Virus record (IMG/VR): IMGVR_UViG_3300011442_000024 | Location: 1 to 28,876 of that record | Reading direction: 5' to 3' (one strand) | Length of the DNA stretch: 28,876 nt | Source of the DNA: a virus | Lineage: Duplodnaviria > Caudoviricetes | Shown here: positions 7,778 through 15,312 of the stretch, piece after piece | Numbering within the stretch: the first letter of the stretch is position 1 | Layout: the number at the start of each line of letters is the position of its first letter | Made by a program: the position numbers and the translations under genes | Notes under the pieces: generated by a model | The model's input: only the letters and a program-made list of their open reading frames with translations | Told to the model about the DNA's origin: nothing | Database searches by the model: none

Positions 7778-8019
7778 TCTGCTCTCCACACCTCCAAGAC
7801 CTTCACGCCCTCTGCGTTGAGGGTGATCTGGACCTCGGACGTGCGACGAAGATACCACTTGTTCTGCCGCGCTCGCGACGGATCGCCTTCGACCAGGCTG
7901 AAGCCGCCCGGCACTTGGTTGTACGGCCGCATGAAGACGACGAGGCCCGAGCCGACCAGCTCGTTGGGCAGATCGATCTCGCGCCGGTCGGCCATCGGGA
8001 AGTCTGCGAGGACGCGCAT
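7774..8019 (-). CDS. Hypothetical protein (81 aa)
   Basis: Start reassigned to ATG 8019 (TGATG coupling, AAGGAG upstream). Reads MRVLADFPMADRREIDLP... Confidence 0.6.
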   Translation of the reverse strand: MRVLADFPMADRREIDLPNELVGSGLVVFMRPYNQVPGGFSLVEGDPSRARQNKWYLRRTSEVQITLNAEGVKVLEVWRAE

Positions 8020-8549
8020 CAGCCGAGGTACTCCTTCACGTAGTCGCGCATCTCGCAAATGAAGTCGATGGGCTGTGTCGTGTCGACGTCGTCGCACCAG
8101 TCGCTGCATTTGCGAAGAATCCGGCGGAGGACGTCTCGCGCGCTCGGCTTCACGACCGAGCTGCTCTCGGTGTCGATGGGTTCGTCGAGCGCCACCCACA
8201 CGATAGCGTCGTCGCCGCGAGGTGTCGGACGAGTGCGTCCGCTGTTTGCGATGAACTGCCACCGGCACCCTTTTGACTGGCCCGTCAACTCTTTCCGTCG
8301 AGCTGCGTACGCGCCAGGTTGCATCCCCAAGGCCGCTTGCCCTTCCTGGTCGGTCGCGCCGTTCACGCCGTTTTGTTGGATGAAGTCAAAAACGCGACGG
8401 CGCTGTGTTCCAGCGCGTCCCGGATCTTTCCTCATGCTGTTGTTGCGCGCGGTATCCGGCGCGCTGCGGTTCACCGGCACGTCGTAGTCCAGCTCGTTTT
8501 GCGATGGATCAGGTGCGTCGCTCGCCACGTTCGCCACATTCGCCTCCAT
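8019..8549 (-). CDS. Winged-helix-like phage DNA-binding protein
   Basis: QRRRVFDFI..NGATDQE...ARRKEL...SGRTRPTPRG..AIVW is typical of a common phage wHTH family. Confidence 0.65.
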   Translation of the reverse strand: MEANVANVASDAPDPSQNELDYDVPVNRSAPDTARNNSMRKDPGRAGTQRRRVFDFIQQNGVNGATDQEGQAALGMQPGAYAARRKELTGQSKGCRWQFIANSGRTRPTPRGDDAIVWVALDEPIDTESSSVVKPSARDVLRRILRKCSDWCDDVDTTQPIDFICEMRDYVKEYLG

Positions 8550-8774
8550 TCAGTTTTTGCCCGTGTACCCTTTCGGTTTCTGCCAGAAGAAGTGCCACAG
8601 CAGGACGCCGACGATCACCAGGACGACCCACTTCAGCGGCGGCCAGTTCGCGTACGCATCCCACACCATCGCCGACAACGTCAGCGGCTGCCCGGCGAGC
8701 GCGATGAGTTCGTAGACGCCCATGAAGACGAGCGCGCCGACCCAGGGCCAGTACTTCTTGAACCAGGTCAGCAT
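8550..8774 (-). CDS. Small two-TM membrane protein (74 aa)
   Basis: Start reassigned to ATG 8774. Two hydrophobic helices with the pattern YE..A....TLS..VW...LLWHF. Confidence 0.65.
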   Translation of the reverse strand: MLTWFKKYWPWVGALVFMGVYELIALAGQPLTLSAMVWDAYANWPPLKWVVLVIVGVLLWHFFWQKPKGYTGKN

Positions 8775-9445
8775 GCTAGTCTCTCGCCCGCTGTTGACGG
8801 AACTTGTCGGAGCCGGGGCAGGTCGCCCAGTGTACCGACGAGCCGTCCATATGCGCCACCACGCGGCCACTCTGTTCGTCGGTCGAAGTCCGCAACGGTA
8901 CCGCCGGTGCGTCGAAGCACATCTTCCGGCCTGTCGCCACCGTTTGCCCCCACACGATCTGCTTCACGCAGTCCTCGTCCCGGCACGGCACCGGGTTCGA
9001 CAACGTGTCGTCCCACACTTGAATCTCTCGTTGCTTCGCCACGTCCGACCTCCCGATTGATCGCCATCTGCTTTTGCAGCGCCTGGCGCAGCCCAGTCGC
9101 CAGCTTCGCTTCGCGCTCGCGCATGACCCGCAGACGAGTCGGCCAGTGCGGCTTCCGTCGTCGCATCTCGTGGTAGTTCAGGCCACTCAGCCGGAACCAC
9201 ATGAGCGCGGCGTCATCGTTGCGCTCGACCAGGAACGCGCCAGCGAGGATCTGGAGCCGTAAGGTCGAAAGCCGTCCCACGATGGTCTGGTCGAGTCTTC
9301 CCAGCGGGCGGCCCCGCGACCGCCGCTGGCTGGCTGGCGTCACGCCGAAGTCGACGAGCGCCGTCTCGATCACCGCCACCGCGAGCTGCTGGTACGGCAG
9401 GTGGGCGCGGTCCACTGGTTTGTTGTGTTCGTTCTCCATCAGCAT
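8768..9445 (-). CDS. Hypothetical phage protein; C-terminal ~90 codons overlap the next gene
   Basis: Start reassigned to ATG 9445 (GAGG upstream). The YQQLAVAVIETALVDF...FL...WF pattern is seen in phage late-region regulators. Confidence 0.55.
   Translation of the reverse strand: MLMENEHNKPVDRAHLPYQQLAVAVIETALVDFGVTPASQRRSRGRPLGRLDQTIVGRLSTLRLQILAGAFLVERNDDAALMWFRLSGLNYHEMRRRKPHWPTRLRVMREREAKLATGLRQALQKQMAINREVGRGEATRDSSVGRHVVEPGAVPGRGLREADRVGANGGDRPEDVLRRTGGTVADFDRRTEWPRGGAYGRLVGTLGDLPRLRQVPSTAGERLAC
8776..9042 (-). CDS. Small Cys/His metal-binding phage protein (88 aa)
   Basis: GGAGG RBS and GTG start. CRDEDC..IVW..T..GRKM.FD...HWATCP is a recurrent phage family pattern. Confidence 0.7.
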   Translation of the reverse strand: MAKQREIQVWDDTLSNPVPCRDEDCVKQIVWGQTVATGRKMCFDAPAVPLRTSTDEQSGRVVAHMDGSSVHWATCPGSDKFRQQRARD

Positions 9446-9584
9446 CGGCGGTCCTCGTTTTCCAGTACGTCGGCGACTTCGGGCAGAGGCGACACGCGAG
9501 TACGATCGCTTTACCCTTCCACTCGTCACCCGCATGCTCGCCGCAGCAGGCCGGGCGATCCGTTGTGATCTTCGCCGTCTTCAC
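9213..9584 (-). CDS. Small Cys-rich hypothetical protein with long overlapping tail
   Basis: GTG 9584 is coupled (GTGA) to the MTase stop. Reads RPACC..H.......LACRLCPKSPTYWK and fills the 9445-9581 gap. Confidence 0.5.
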   Translation of the reverse strand: MKTAKITTDRPACCGEHAGDEWKGKAIVLACRLCPKSPTYWKTRTADADGERTQQTSGPRPPAVPAARGGGDRDGARRLRRDASQPAAVAGPPAGKTRPDHRGTAFDLTAPDPRWRVPGRAQR

Positions 9585-10183
9585 GCGAGCCGCTCGAAGA
9601 CGGAGAAGCAGCGGTCGCGGTTGTCGTAGCCGACCGTGACGCTGACCTTCGCGATCAGCTTCACCGTATCGCGCGGCGGCCTGGGGAACACGTAGTCCAA
9701 GACGCCGACGCGGCCGCCGATGACGCACACCGACAGGGCGTCCGCGAGCAGCTTCTTGATCGGCGGGAAGACGTCCGCGCCGACCCGGTAGTGCGCCGCG
9801 TCGACTTCGGTGTACGGCCGGTCGATCAGGATCGCGCGGTACCCCTCGGCCATGCCGTCGGCCGAGTTCCAGTCGCGGAACAGCTCGCGCAGGTGTGGAC
9901 TCGCGCCGACCAGCTCGAACGGTTCAGGAACGCCGTTGCGCAGGTCGCGGATGATGTCCGGCTTGCACTCCGGGTCGAGGTCGCAGGTGACGTCGTTCGG
10001 GCAGAGCTTGGCCCAGGTCGGGTACGACTTCACCATGCCGCCGCAGAGGTGCAGCACGGGTTCGGTCCTGGTGACCGGCATGAAGACGCGCGCCCGTTCG
10101 AGGAAGCCGTTGGGGTACGCCCCGTAGTACTTCACCTTCGGGCGCGCGAGTATCCAGACGTCGGTGATCGGCCGGTAGCTCAC
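9581..10183 (-). CDS. Compact amino(adenine)-methyltransferase-like protein
   Basis: YYGAYP, SAM-binding VLHLCGG, acidic TCDLD, and catalytic-type motif ILIDRPY (DPPY variant). Confidence 0.7.
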   Translation of the reverse strand: MSYRPITDVWILARPKVKYYGAYPNGFLERARVFMPVTRTEPVLHLCGGMVKSYPTWAKLCPNDVTCDLDPECKPDIIRDLRNGVPEPFELVGASPHLRELFRDWNSADGMAEGYRAILIDRPYTEVDAAHYRVGADVFPPIKKLLADALSVCVIGGRVGVLDYVFPRPPRDTVKLIAKVSVTVGYDNRDRCFSVFERLA

Positions 10184-10524
10184 AGGCCCTTGTCCTCAGC
10201 GAGGCCTGGCGGCGTCGGGTGATCCTTCTGTTGCAGCGGGAACACCATGTTCTCCAGCTTCTGCCCCGCCGCGATCACCGCTTCGATCCTCGCGTTGAGC
10301 CGCTGCTCCATGTTCGCCAGCGCCTGGTCGTTCGCTCGGATGAAGGTGTAGAGGCCCTCGATGTGGCTCTCCGCCTTCTTCAGCCGGTGGGACAGGTCCT
10401 TTGTTTTCTTCTTCTGCGCGTCGAGGTTGATCAGCGTCGCGTCCTGCGCCTTCCGATTGCGCGGCCGCGTCGCGCGCGCCTTCGCGGTCTTCTTCGTTCG
10501 CTTCGCTCTCTTGGGTCTCGCCAT
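10180..10524 (-). CDS. Basic N-terminus, coiled-coil hypothetical protein (114 aa)
   Basis: AGGAGG RBS, K/R-rich start and heptad pattern. GTGA coupling to the next gene. Confidence 0.7.
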   Translation of the reverse strand: MARPKRAKRTKKTAKARATRPRNRKAQDATLINLDAQKKKTKDLSHRLKKAESHIEGLYTFIRANDQALANMEQRLNARIEAVIAAGQKLENMVFPLQQKDHPTPPGLAEDKGL

Positions 10525-10945
10525 TGTCGCCTCCTGGTTGGGGTTGGTTGAAGTGTCCGTCGAGTAGTTCCTTGATGCGAGCTTCGATGAACTCCCGCGT
10601 CGCGTTCGTGCCGATGTCGAGCGCGAGAATGCGGCGGCCGACGCCGGGTTCCGGGACCGCCTTGATCGCGAGCGCCAGCGGCCGGAACAGGCGCTGCTGT
10701 TCGTCCTGCGTCAGCCGGAGCTGTTGCGCGTTGACGAAGGTCTGGTGGATCGCGTTCCGCAAGCGGCGCGACTGCGCGATGGCGTCGACCGCGACCTGCG
10801 TGTCGTTCGTCGAGGCCTTGCGCCGGATGCGCAGCTCCTCGGCGGCGTAGAGGAAGACCTCACACCACTGCTTCTCGTACCCCTCGCGCGAGAGCTGCCG
10901 GTGCCGACGGCGCAGCGTCGCCGGGGTGTCGTCGAAGGCGCTCAC
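10196..10945 (-). CDS. Hypothetical helical protein; last ~110 codons overlap the next gene
   Basis: GTGA coupling to the upstream gene. The first ~140 aa fill an otherwise empty interval. Confidence 0.55.
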   Translation of the reverse strand: MSAFDDTPATLRRRHRQLSREGYEKQWCEVFLYAAEELRIRRKASTNDTQVAVDAIAQSRRLRNAIHQTFVNAQQLRLTQDEQQRLFRPLALAIKAVPEPGVGRRILALDIGTNATREFIEARIKELLDGHFNQPQPGGDNGETQESEANEEDREGARDAAAQSEGAGRDADQPRRAEEENKGPVPPAEEGGEPHRGPLHLHPSERPGAGEHGAAAQREDRSGDRGGAEAGEHGVPAATEGSPDAARPR

Positions 10946-11181
10946 GCAGGCAGCGAGGCGCGGACGGCCGCGTCCTTGCTCTCCAGGAGCTTGCGCAGGG
11001 CTACCGTGCGCTCAGGGCTGCGTTCGAGTGTGTGACAGAGATGGATCGCCAGGTCGCCGAACGGACGACTCACCACCTGCAGCGCGGGCGGCAGGTGTTC
11101 GTAGCTGAAGAACTTCAACATGGCCTCGCCGGTGAGATCCATCGCTTCTTTGATCGTCGTGGTCGCCTTCTGCTCGCTCAT
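10942..11181 (-). CDS. Small helical-hairpin protein, possible Acb2/Tad1-like anti-defence sponge (79 aa)
   Basis: Start reassigned to ATG 11181 (ATGA, AAGGAG RBS). Motif FFSYEHLP..LQ.VS.PF..LA...ERTVALRKLLESKDAAVRA. Confidence 0.6.
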   Translation of the reverse strand: MSEQKATTTIKEAMDLTGEAMLKFFSYEHLPPALQVVSRPFGDLAIHLCHTLERSPERTVALRKLLESKDAAVRASLPA

Positions 11182-12209
11182 GCTTTTGCTCCTTGCGCCC
11201 ATAGGCGCGCGTCGTTTCCGAAGACCGTCCAGCCGTCGACCTGGCGTCGCCCGAACAGCTCGACGTACGGGCCATCCGGGTACAGCGCAGTGATCAGCGA
11301 TCTGAAGTGTTCCGGCTTCTGCGAGTGTTCGCCGCTGCGCTTCACCGTCTGGATGCTCGCGTGGCTGTGCTTCTCGATCCCGATGTCCGGTGTTGCGCTG
11401 CCGCGCGTGCAGACCAGCAGCAGCTCGTGCTGCACGTACGAGTAGTGGCCCGGGCGACCGAGGACCTTGTCCCAACAGTAGTTGGTTTTGTACGTGAAGC
11501 CCCAGGCCTCCAGAACGTCGCGCGGGCCGGGGTTCTCCAGGAGGTGCGAGTTCGTCGACCACATGAACAGCACGGCGTCCGGCAGCGTGTGCGCCGCGAT
11601 GGGCAGCTTGCAGAGCTGCTCGATGGTCATGCCGTCGTAGCTGTCGTCGGCGGGCGTCTGTGAACCGTCCGGCATGGCCTTGTTGTTGTCGTACGTCCAG
11701 GGCGGGTCGGCGTAGAGGACGCGGAACTTACCCTTGAGGGTAGCCTGGCCCTCGATGATGCGCGGCCGCGTGATGCGCTTCACCGCCTTGATCGTTTCGC
11801 TGACCGTCAGCTCCTGATCGCGCGCGACCTTGAGGACTTTGAGCTGCTCCTTCAAGTCGAGGCTCGCGACCGCTTTGGCGTGCGTGATCGTTGGGGCCAG
11901 CTCGCGCGCCTTCGTGCCGACGTGCTTCGACACGTACGTCAGGTTGTGAATGGTCTGATGCGCCAGGCCGGTCATCGACACGAGCTGGTCGAACTTTTCT
12001 CCCCAGTCTTCGCGGTCAGCCGCGTACGCGAGGAGGTCCCCGACCCAGTAGGGCGAGGCCTCCTGCGTCGCGACCGCGAACGCGCTCGCCTCTGCCCACA
12101 TATCAGGCGTCGGACGGCCCACGGGTGTGACCGTCTTGTCCTTGAAGTGGAACCCGCGCAGCTTGATCGGGGTGCGGTCGAAGTGACCGCGCAGGGCGAG
12201 GCCGGTCAT
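11178..12209 (-). CDS. MT-A70 family N6-adenine methyltransferase with N-terminal LmbU-like domain
   Basis: VLYADPPW, LFMW.T, AWGF.YK...W.K, HELLLVCTRG, HSQKP and ELFGR..GW..FGN. N-terminal YWVGDLLAY motif. Confidence 0.9.
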   Translation of the reverse strand: MTGLALRGHFDRTPIKLRGFHFKDKTVTPVGRPTPDMWAEASAFAVATQEASPYWVGDLLAYAADREDWGEKFDQLVSMTGLAHQTIHNLTYVSKHVGTKARELAPTITHAKAVASLDLKEQLKVLKVARDQELTVSETIKAVKRITRPRIIEGQATLKGKFRVLYADPPWTYDNNKAMPDGSQTPADDSYDGMTIEQLCKLPIAAHTLPDAVLFMWSTNSHLLENPGPRDVLEAWGFTYKTNYCWDKVLGRPGHYSYVQHELLLVCTRGSATPDIGIEKHSHASIQTVKRSGEHSQKPEHFRSLITALYPDGPYVELFGRRQVDGWTVFGNDARLWAQGAKA

Positions 12210-12517
12210 TCGCCCGCCTCAGCCTTGTCGTCGTCGACGAGTCGGACGCGGAGCTTGTCGGTCTGCGAGTGCAGCAGCTCGACGCCGTTCTGCGTGTACG
12301 ACTCGATGCCCTTGCGCTTCATGTGTTCGAGTGACCGGGCGATGGAGAGCGCCTCGCGCTCGCTCGCTTCGTTCTTCGTCTCGCGCACGTCGCGGATGAC
12401 GCGCGTCTCGCGGTCGAGAATGGCGTCACGTCCTTCGGCGACGCCGTCGAGTCGCTGCTGTCGGGGTCGGCGCGGTGCCTTGGCGGGTGTTCCGCGCTTC
12501 GCGTTTTTCTTTGCCAC
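12206..12517 (-). CDS. Hypothetical protein (103 aa)
   Basis: AGGAGG RBS and GTG start. Basic N-terminus, helical core, ATGA coupling. Confidence 0.7.
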   Translation of the reverse strand: MAKKNAKRGTPAKAPRRPRQQRLDGVAEGRDAILDRETRVIRDVRETKNEASEREALSIARSLEHMKRKGIESYTQNGVELLHSQTDKLRVRLVDDDKAEAGE

Positions 12518-13025
12518 GTTCTTCCTCCTGAGCTGAAGTGTCGAAGAGCTTGCCGCCGCGCACGCGACGACAATACTCGGCCAGCAGCAGCGCGTCAGCT
12601 ATCGCGTGTGTGACCTCTTCGCGCGGGAACAGTTCCTGCGCTTTTCTCTTGTTGATGTTCTTGTCCTTGTGGCCCAGCTCGGCGCGCACCTCGCGCGGCG
12701 TCCGACACTGGATCACGTTCTGCCATCGAATCGGCGCGACCAGCTCGTACGGCATCTGCACCGCTTCGAGGCACATGAGCAGCTTGCCGAAGCCGACGCC
12801 GAACGTGAACGAGGACGCGACGCCCATCTGCGGCGTCGAGTGAACGTGTTCGAGCATCGCGAAGACGCCACCGTCGTCGAACGACGCGAGGTCGTCGAGC
12901 TGCTTGAAGATCGCGAGGAGTTCGCCGTCTGTCTTCGGCATGCGCCGGACGCGCAGGACGCTGCCGCGCTCGCTGATCGCTGCGATGCCGCCTGAGAGAC
13001 CTGGGTCGATGCCTACGTACAACAT
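12426..13025 (-). CDS. ruvC: RuvC-like Holliday junction resolvase
   Basis: YVGIDPGLSGGIA, LEHV...GVASSFTFG..FG, V.P.RW and ADALLLA motifs. Confidence 0.85.
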   Translation of the reverse strand: MLYVGIDPGLSGGIAAISERGSVLRVRRMPKTDGELLAIFKQLDDLASFDDGGVFAMLEHVHSTPQMGVASSFTFGVGFGKLLMCLEAVQMPYELVAPIRWQNVIQCRTPREVRAELGHKDKNINKRKAQELFPREEVTHAIADALLLAEYCRRVRGGKLFDTSAQEEERGKEKREARNTRQGTAPTPTAATRRRRRRT

Positions 13026-13043
13026 CGGGATGACGGCCAGAGT

Positions 13044-14483
13044 CTACCAAGGAACGGGCCTCCTGGATCGTCTTTTTGGAGGTAGTGGCCGCTGGCCGAT
13101 GTCGGGCAGCGGTTCCTGGGCGGCCTGGGGAATGTCTGCCTCGGGGCCGACATCCTCGAAGGTCTGCATCGGCCGGTTGATGGACAGGGTGACCGTGCCG
13201 GTCGGGCCGTTGCGCTGCTTCTCCAGGATGAAGCTCGTCGGGCCGGACTCCCGATGGTGCGCCCGGTGCAGGAACCCCACAATGTCGGCGTCCTGCTCCA
13301 GCGCGCCGGTCTCGCGCAGGTCGCTGAGCTGGGGCCGCTTGTCGCTCCGGGTCTCGCCCTGGCGGTTGAGCTGGCTGCAGACCAGCACGGGGCAGGAGAC
13401 CTCGTCTGCGAGGATCTTGAGCCTCCGGCTGATGTCAGCCAGCTCCTCGCCGCGCGTCGCGCCCTTGCGGCCCAGGGAGCCGCTCACGAGCTGCACGTAG
13501 TCGACGATGACCAGGTCGAGCTGCCCTTCGCTCTTCAGGCGGCGGCACGTCGCGCGAATGTCGACGACCGTCTGCCCGGCGCTGTCGTCGACGAACAGCG
13601 GCCGCGATCCGATCAGGCCCGTCGCCGGAGAGATCCGCTCGTAGTCGAAGTCGTTCACCCAGCCCTGCGTGAGGCGCGTGAGGTCGACCTGCGCAAGGTG
13701 CGCGAGGCGTCGGTATTCGAGCTGGCGTCGGCGCATCTCCAGGCTGAAGATCGCGACGTGCTTGTCGAGCGCGGCGGCGGCCTCGGCGGTGTTGAGGATG
13801 AACACCGTCTTGCCCATCGACGGGCGCGCTGCGATGACGACCATATCGCCCGGCTGCCAGCCGCTCGTCAGCTCGTTGATGCTTTTGAATCCAGTGTCGA
13901 GACCGAAGAGCTGGCCCTTGTTGTTGACGCGGCGCTCGAAGTCCTCGACGAACGATCCGAACGACTCGCGCAGGTCAACCATGCGACCGTGGCCGCCGCG
14001 CTGCAGCGAGAGGATCTGCTTGTCGGCGTCGATGACCACCTGCTCCGGCGTCTTCTCGCCGTCGTACGCATCGACCAGGATCTCGTTCGCAGTCTTGATC
14101 AGCGCGCGGCGGCGCGATAGGTCCTTCACGATGGCGGCGTAGTGCGCGATGTTCGAGGTGCGCGGGACGCCGTCGGTCAGCGACGCGATGTACGCGGGGC
14201 CGCCGACCTCTTGTTCCCAGCCCTGGGTGCGGAGATCGTCGAGCAGCGTCAGGGGGTCGACCTCGCGCTTCCGCTCGTCCGCGACGCGCAGCATCGACGA
14301 GAAGATGGCCTGGTGCGCGACGCGGAAGAAGTCCTCGGCGACGATGAGGCTCTGCACGGTGGCGAGCAGCGCGCTGTTGATGAGGATCGATCCGAGGACG
14401 GCCCGCTCGGTGGCGAGGTCGTGCGGCAACACGCGCGCCGCCAGCTCGGAAGGCTCGAGTACTGGTTTCTTCTTCGCGGTCAC
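13044..14483 (-). CDS. dnaB: Replicative DNA helicase DnaB (479 aa)
   Basis: Start reassigned to GTG 14483 (GTGA coupling). LPHD..ERAVLGSIL, Walker A AARPSMGKT, FSLEM, IVDYVQL, SQLNR..E.R..KRP.LSDLRETG..EQDAD and KQRNGP. Confidence 0.95.
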   Translation of the reverse strand: MTAKKKPVLEPSELAARVLPHDLATERAVLGSILINSALLATVQSLIVAEDFFRVAHQAIFSSMLRVADERKREVDPLTLLDDLRTQGWEQEVGGPAYIASLTDGVPRTSNIAHYAAIVKDLSRRRALIKTANEILVDAYDGEKTPEQVVIDADKQILSLQRGGHGRMVDLRESFGSFVEDFERRVNNKGQLFGLDTGFKSINELTSGWQPGDMVVIAARPSMGKTVFILNTAEAAAALDKHVAIFSLEMRRRQLEYRRLAHLAQVDLTRLTQGWVNDFDYERISPATGLIGSRPLFVDDSAGQTVVDIRATCRRLKSEGQLDLVIVDYVQLVSGSLGRKGATRGEELADISRRLKILADEVSCPVLVCSQLNRQGETRSDKRPQLSDLRETGALEQDADIVGFLHRAHHRESGPTSFILEKQRNGPTGTVTLSINRPMQTFEDVGPEADIPQAAQEPLPDIGQRPLPPKRRSRRPVPW

Positions 14484-14956
14484 GAGGCCCTCGCTTCGCG
14501 CATCGTGCGCGAGGTGTGCGCGGCGTCCGACGCGCAGCGCGGTTTGTGTTTGCAGCCGACGGCGGGCGTCGCGAGGGAGAAGTCCTTCGCGGTCTCGGTG
14601 CTGAACTTGTTGATGCCGCCGACGAACGCCGACAGCCCGTGGCGCGCGTCGACGTAGAAGCGTTCCGTCGACGCCAGGTACAGCTTCATGCGCGTCGCGA
14701 TCTCGCGCGCCGTCAGCGATCCGACCAGGCGCTTGAGCGAGGCCATGTCCTTCGCGCCCGCGACGACGTAGTCTTCGCGGTACTTCAGCTTCCACTGTTC
14801 GCAGAAAAAGTCGAGCAGCTTCTTCGCGAGCTGGCCTGGTGTGGGTTTGTCGTTGAGCATCTCTTCGAGTCGAGCCGCTTCCGCCATGAGCTGCTCGGCG
14901 ATCTTCCGTGTGATTGCGACGTGGGCTTCGACGCGCGCGCGTTCTTTCGGTTCCAT
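14480..14956 (-). CDS. Replication-associated protein resembling the C-terminal domain of phage initiators (158 aa)
   Basis: Start reassigned to ATG 14956 (AGGAGG at 14961-14966). Directly upstream of dnaB, with helical pattern F...W...Y...Y....KD...LK.L...YL...FY...H.L..F...IN. Confidence 0.6.
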   Translation of the reverse strand: MEPKERARVEAHVAITRKIAEQLMAEAARLEEMLNDKPTPGQLAKKLLDFFCEQWKLKYREDYVVAGAKDMASLKRLVGSLTAREIATRMKLYLASTERFYVDARHGLSAFVGGINKFSTETAKDFSLATPAVGCKHKPRCASDAAHTSRTMREARAS

Positions 14957-14981
14957 CGATCCTCCTAGTACCACCCAAGCA

Positions 14982-15190
14982 CAAGCCGGACTTCTTACTT
15001 CTCTCACTCGGCTGTTCGCCGCGAAAGACAGTACCAAAGGCACCCACGTCCACGACGGTGAGAGGACGGGGCGCGTAGAAGTCCGGTTGAAGCGCACTTC
15101 CCCGTACGTTTTCGGGACCAGGCCCGCCATCCAGCCGGTGGTCGCCCGGCAGCGCAGAGGTTCAGGCACGACCCCAGGACCTGCGTTTCG
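14982..15190. other. Densely structured non-coding leader or origin candidate upstream of the replication genes
   Basis: Inverted repeat CCGGACTTCT (14986-14995)/AGAAGTCCGG (15077-15086) encloses CTCTCAC/GTGAGAG. Further hairpins lie at about 15101-15116 and 15152-15186. Confidence 0.5.
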
Positions 15191-15195
15191 CTTTG

Positions 15196-15224
15196 TTGGT
15201 AAGAAGTCGGGGGCCTGCTAGAAT
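15196..15224 (+). promoter_or_regulatory. Plus-strand sigma70-type promoter for sRNA1
   Basis: TTGGTA-N17-TAGAAT with extended -10 TG. Overlaps a 13/15 copy of the early-promoter operator (15193-15207). Confidence 0.6.
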
Positions 15225-15230
15225 CCCTGG

Positions 15231-15312
15231 CAGCCGCCCACTCGTTGCCTCAATCAACGAAACGGTCAGAACGCGCTCGACGGTTGGATGACCCGTCGGG
15301 CGCGTTCGTTTG
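15231..15312 (+). ncRNA. Putative ~80-nt small RNA (sRNA1)
   Basis: Lies between the promoter above and a 15-bp terminator hairpin. Internal hairpin TCGTTG-CCTCAAT-CAACGA. Confidence 0.5.
15269..15312 (+). terminator. Intrinsic terminator-like hairpin
   Basis: GAACGCGCTCGACGG/CCGTCGGGCGCGTTC followed by GTTTG. The G-U pair forms on the plus strand. Confidence 0.6.

Noticed and set aside
8768-12517. Alternative genetic code to explain genes running past expected ends
   Set aside because: No common codon occurs at the junctions. TAA, TAG and TGA all terminate well-defined genes elsewhere in the window.
14484-15053. 190-aa N-terminal extension of DnaB
   Set aside because: It is an Arg-rich alternate frame of the 14480-14956 gene. 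DnaB homology begins just after the coupled GTG at 14483.
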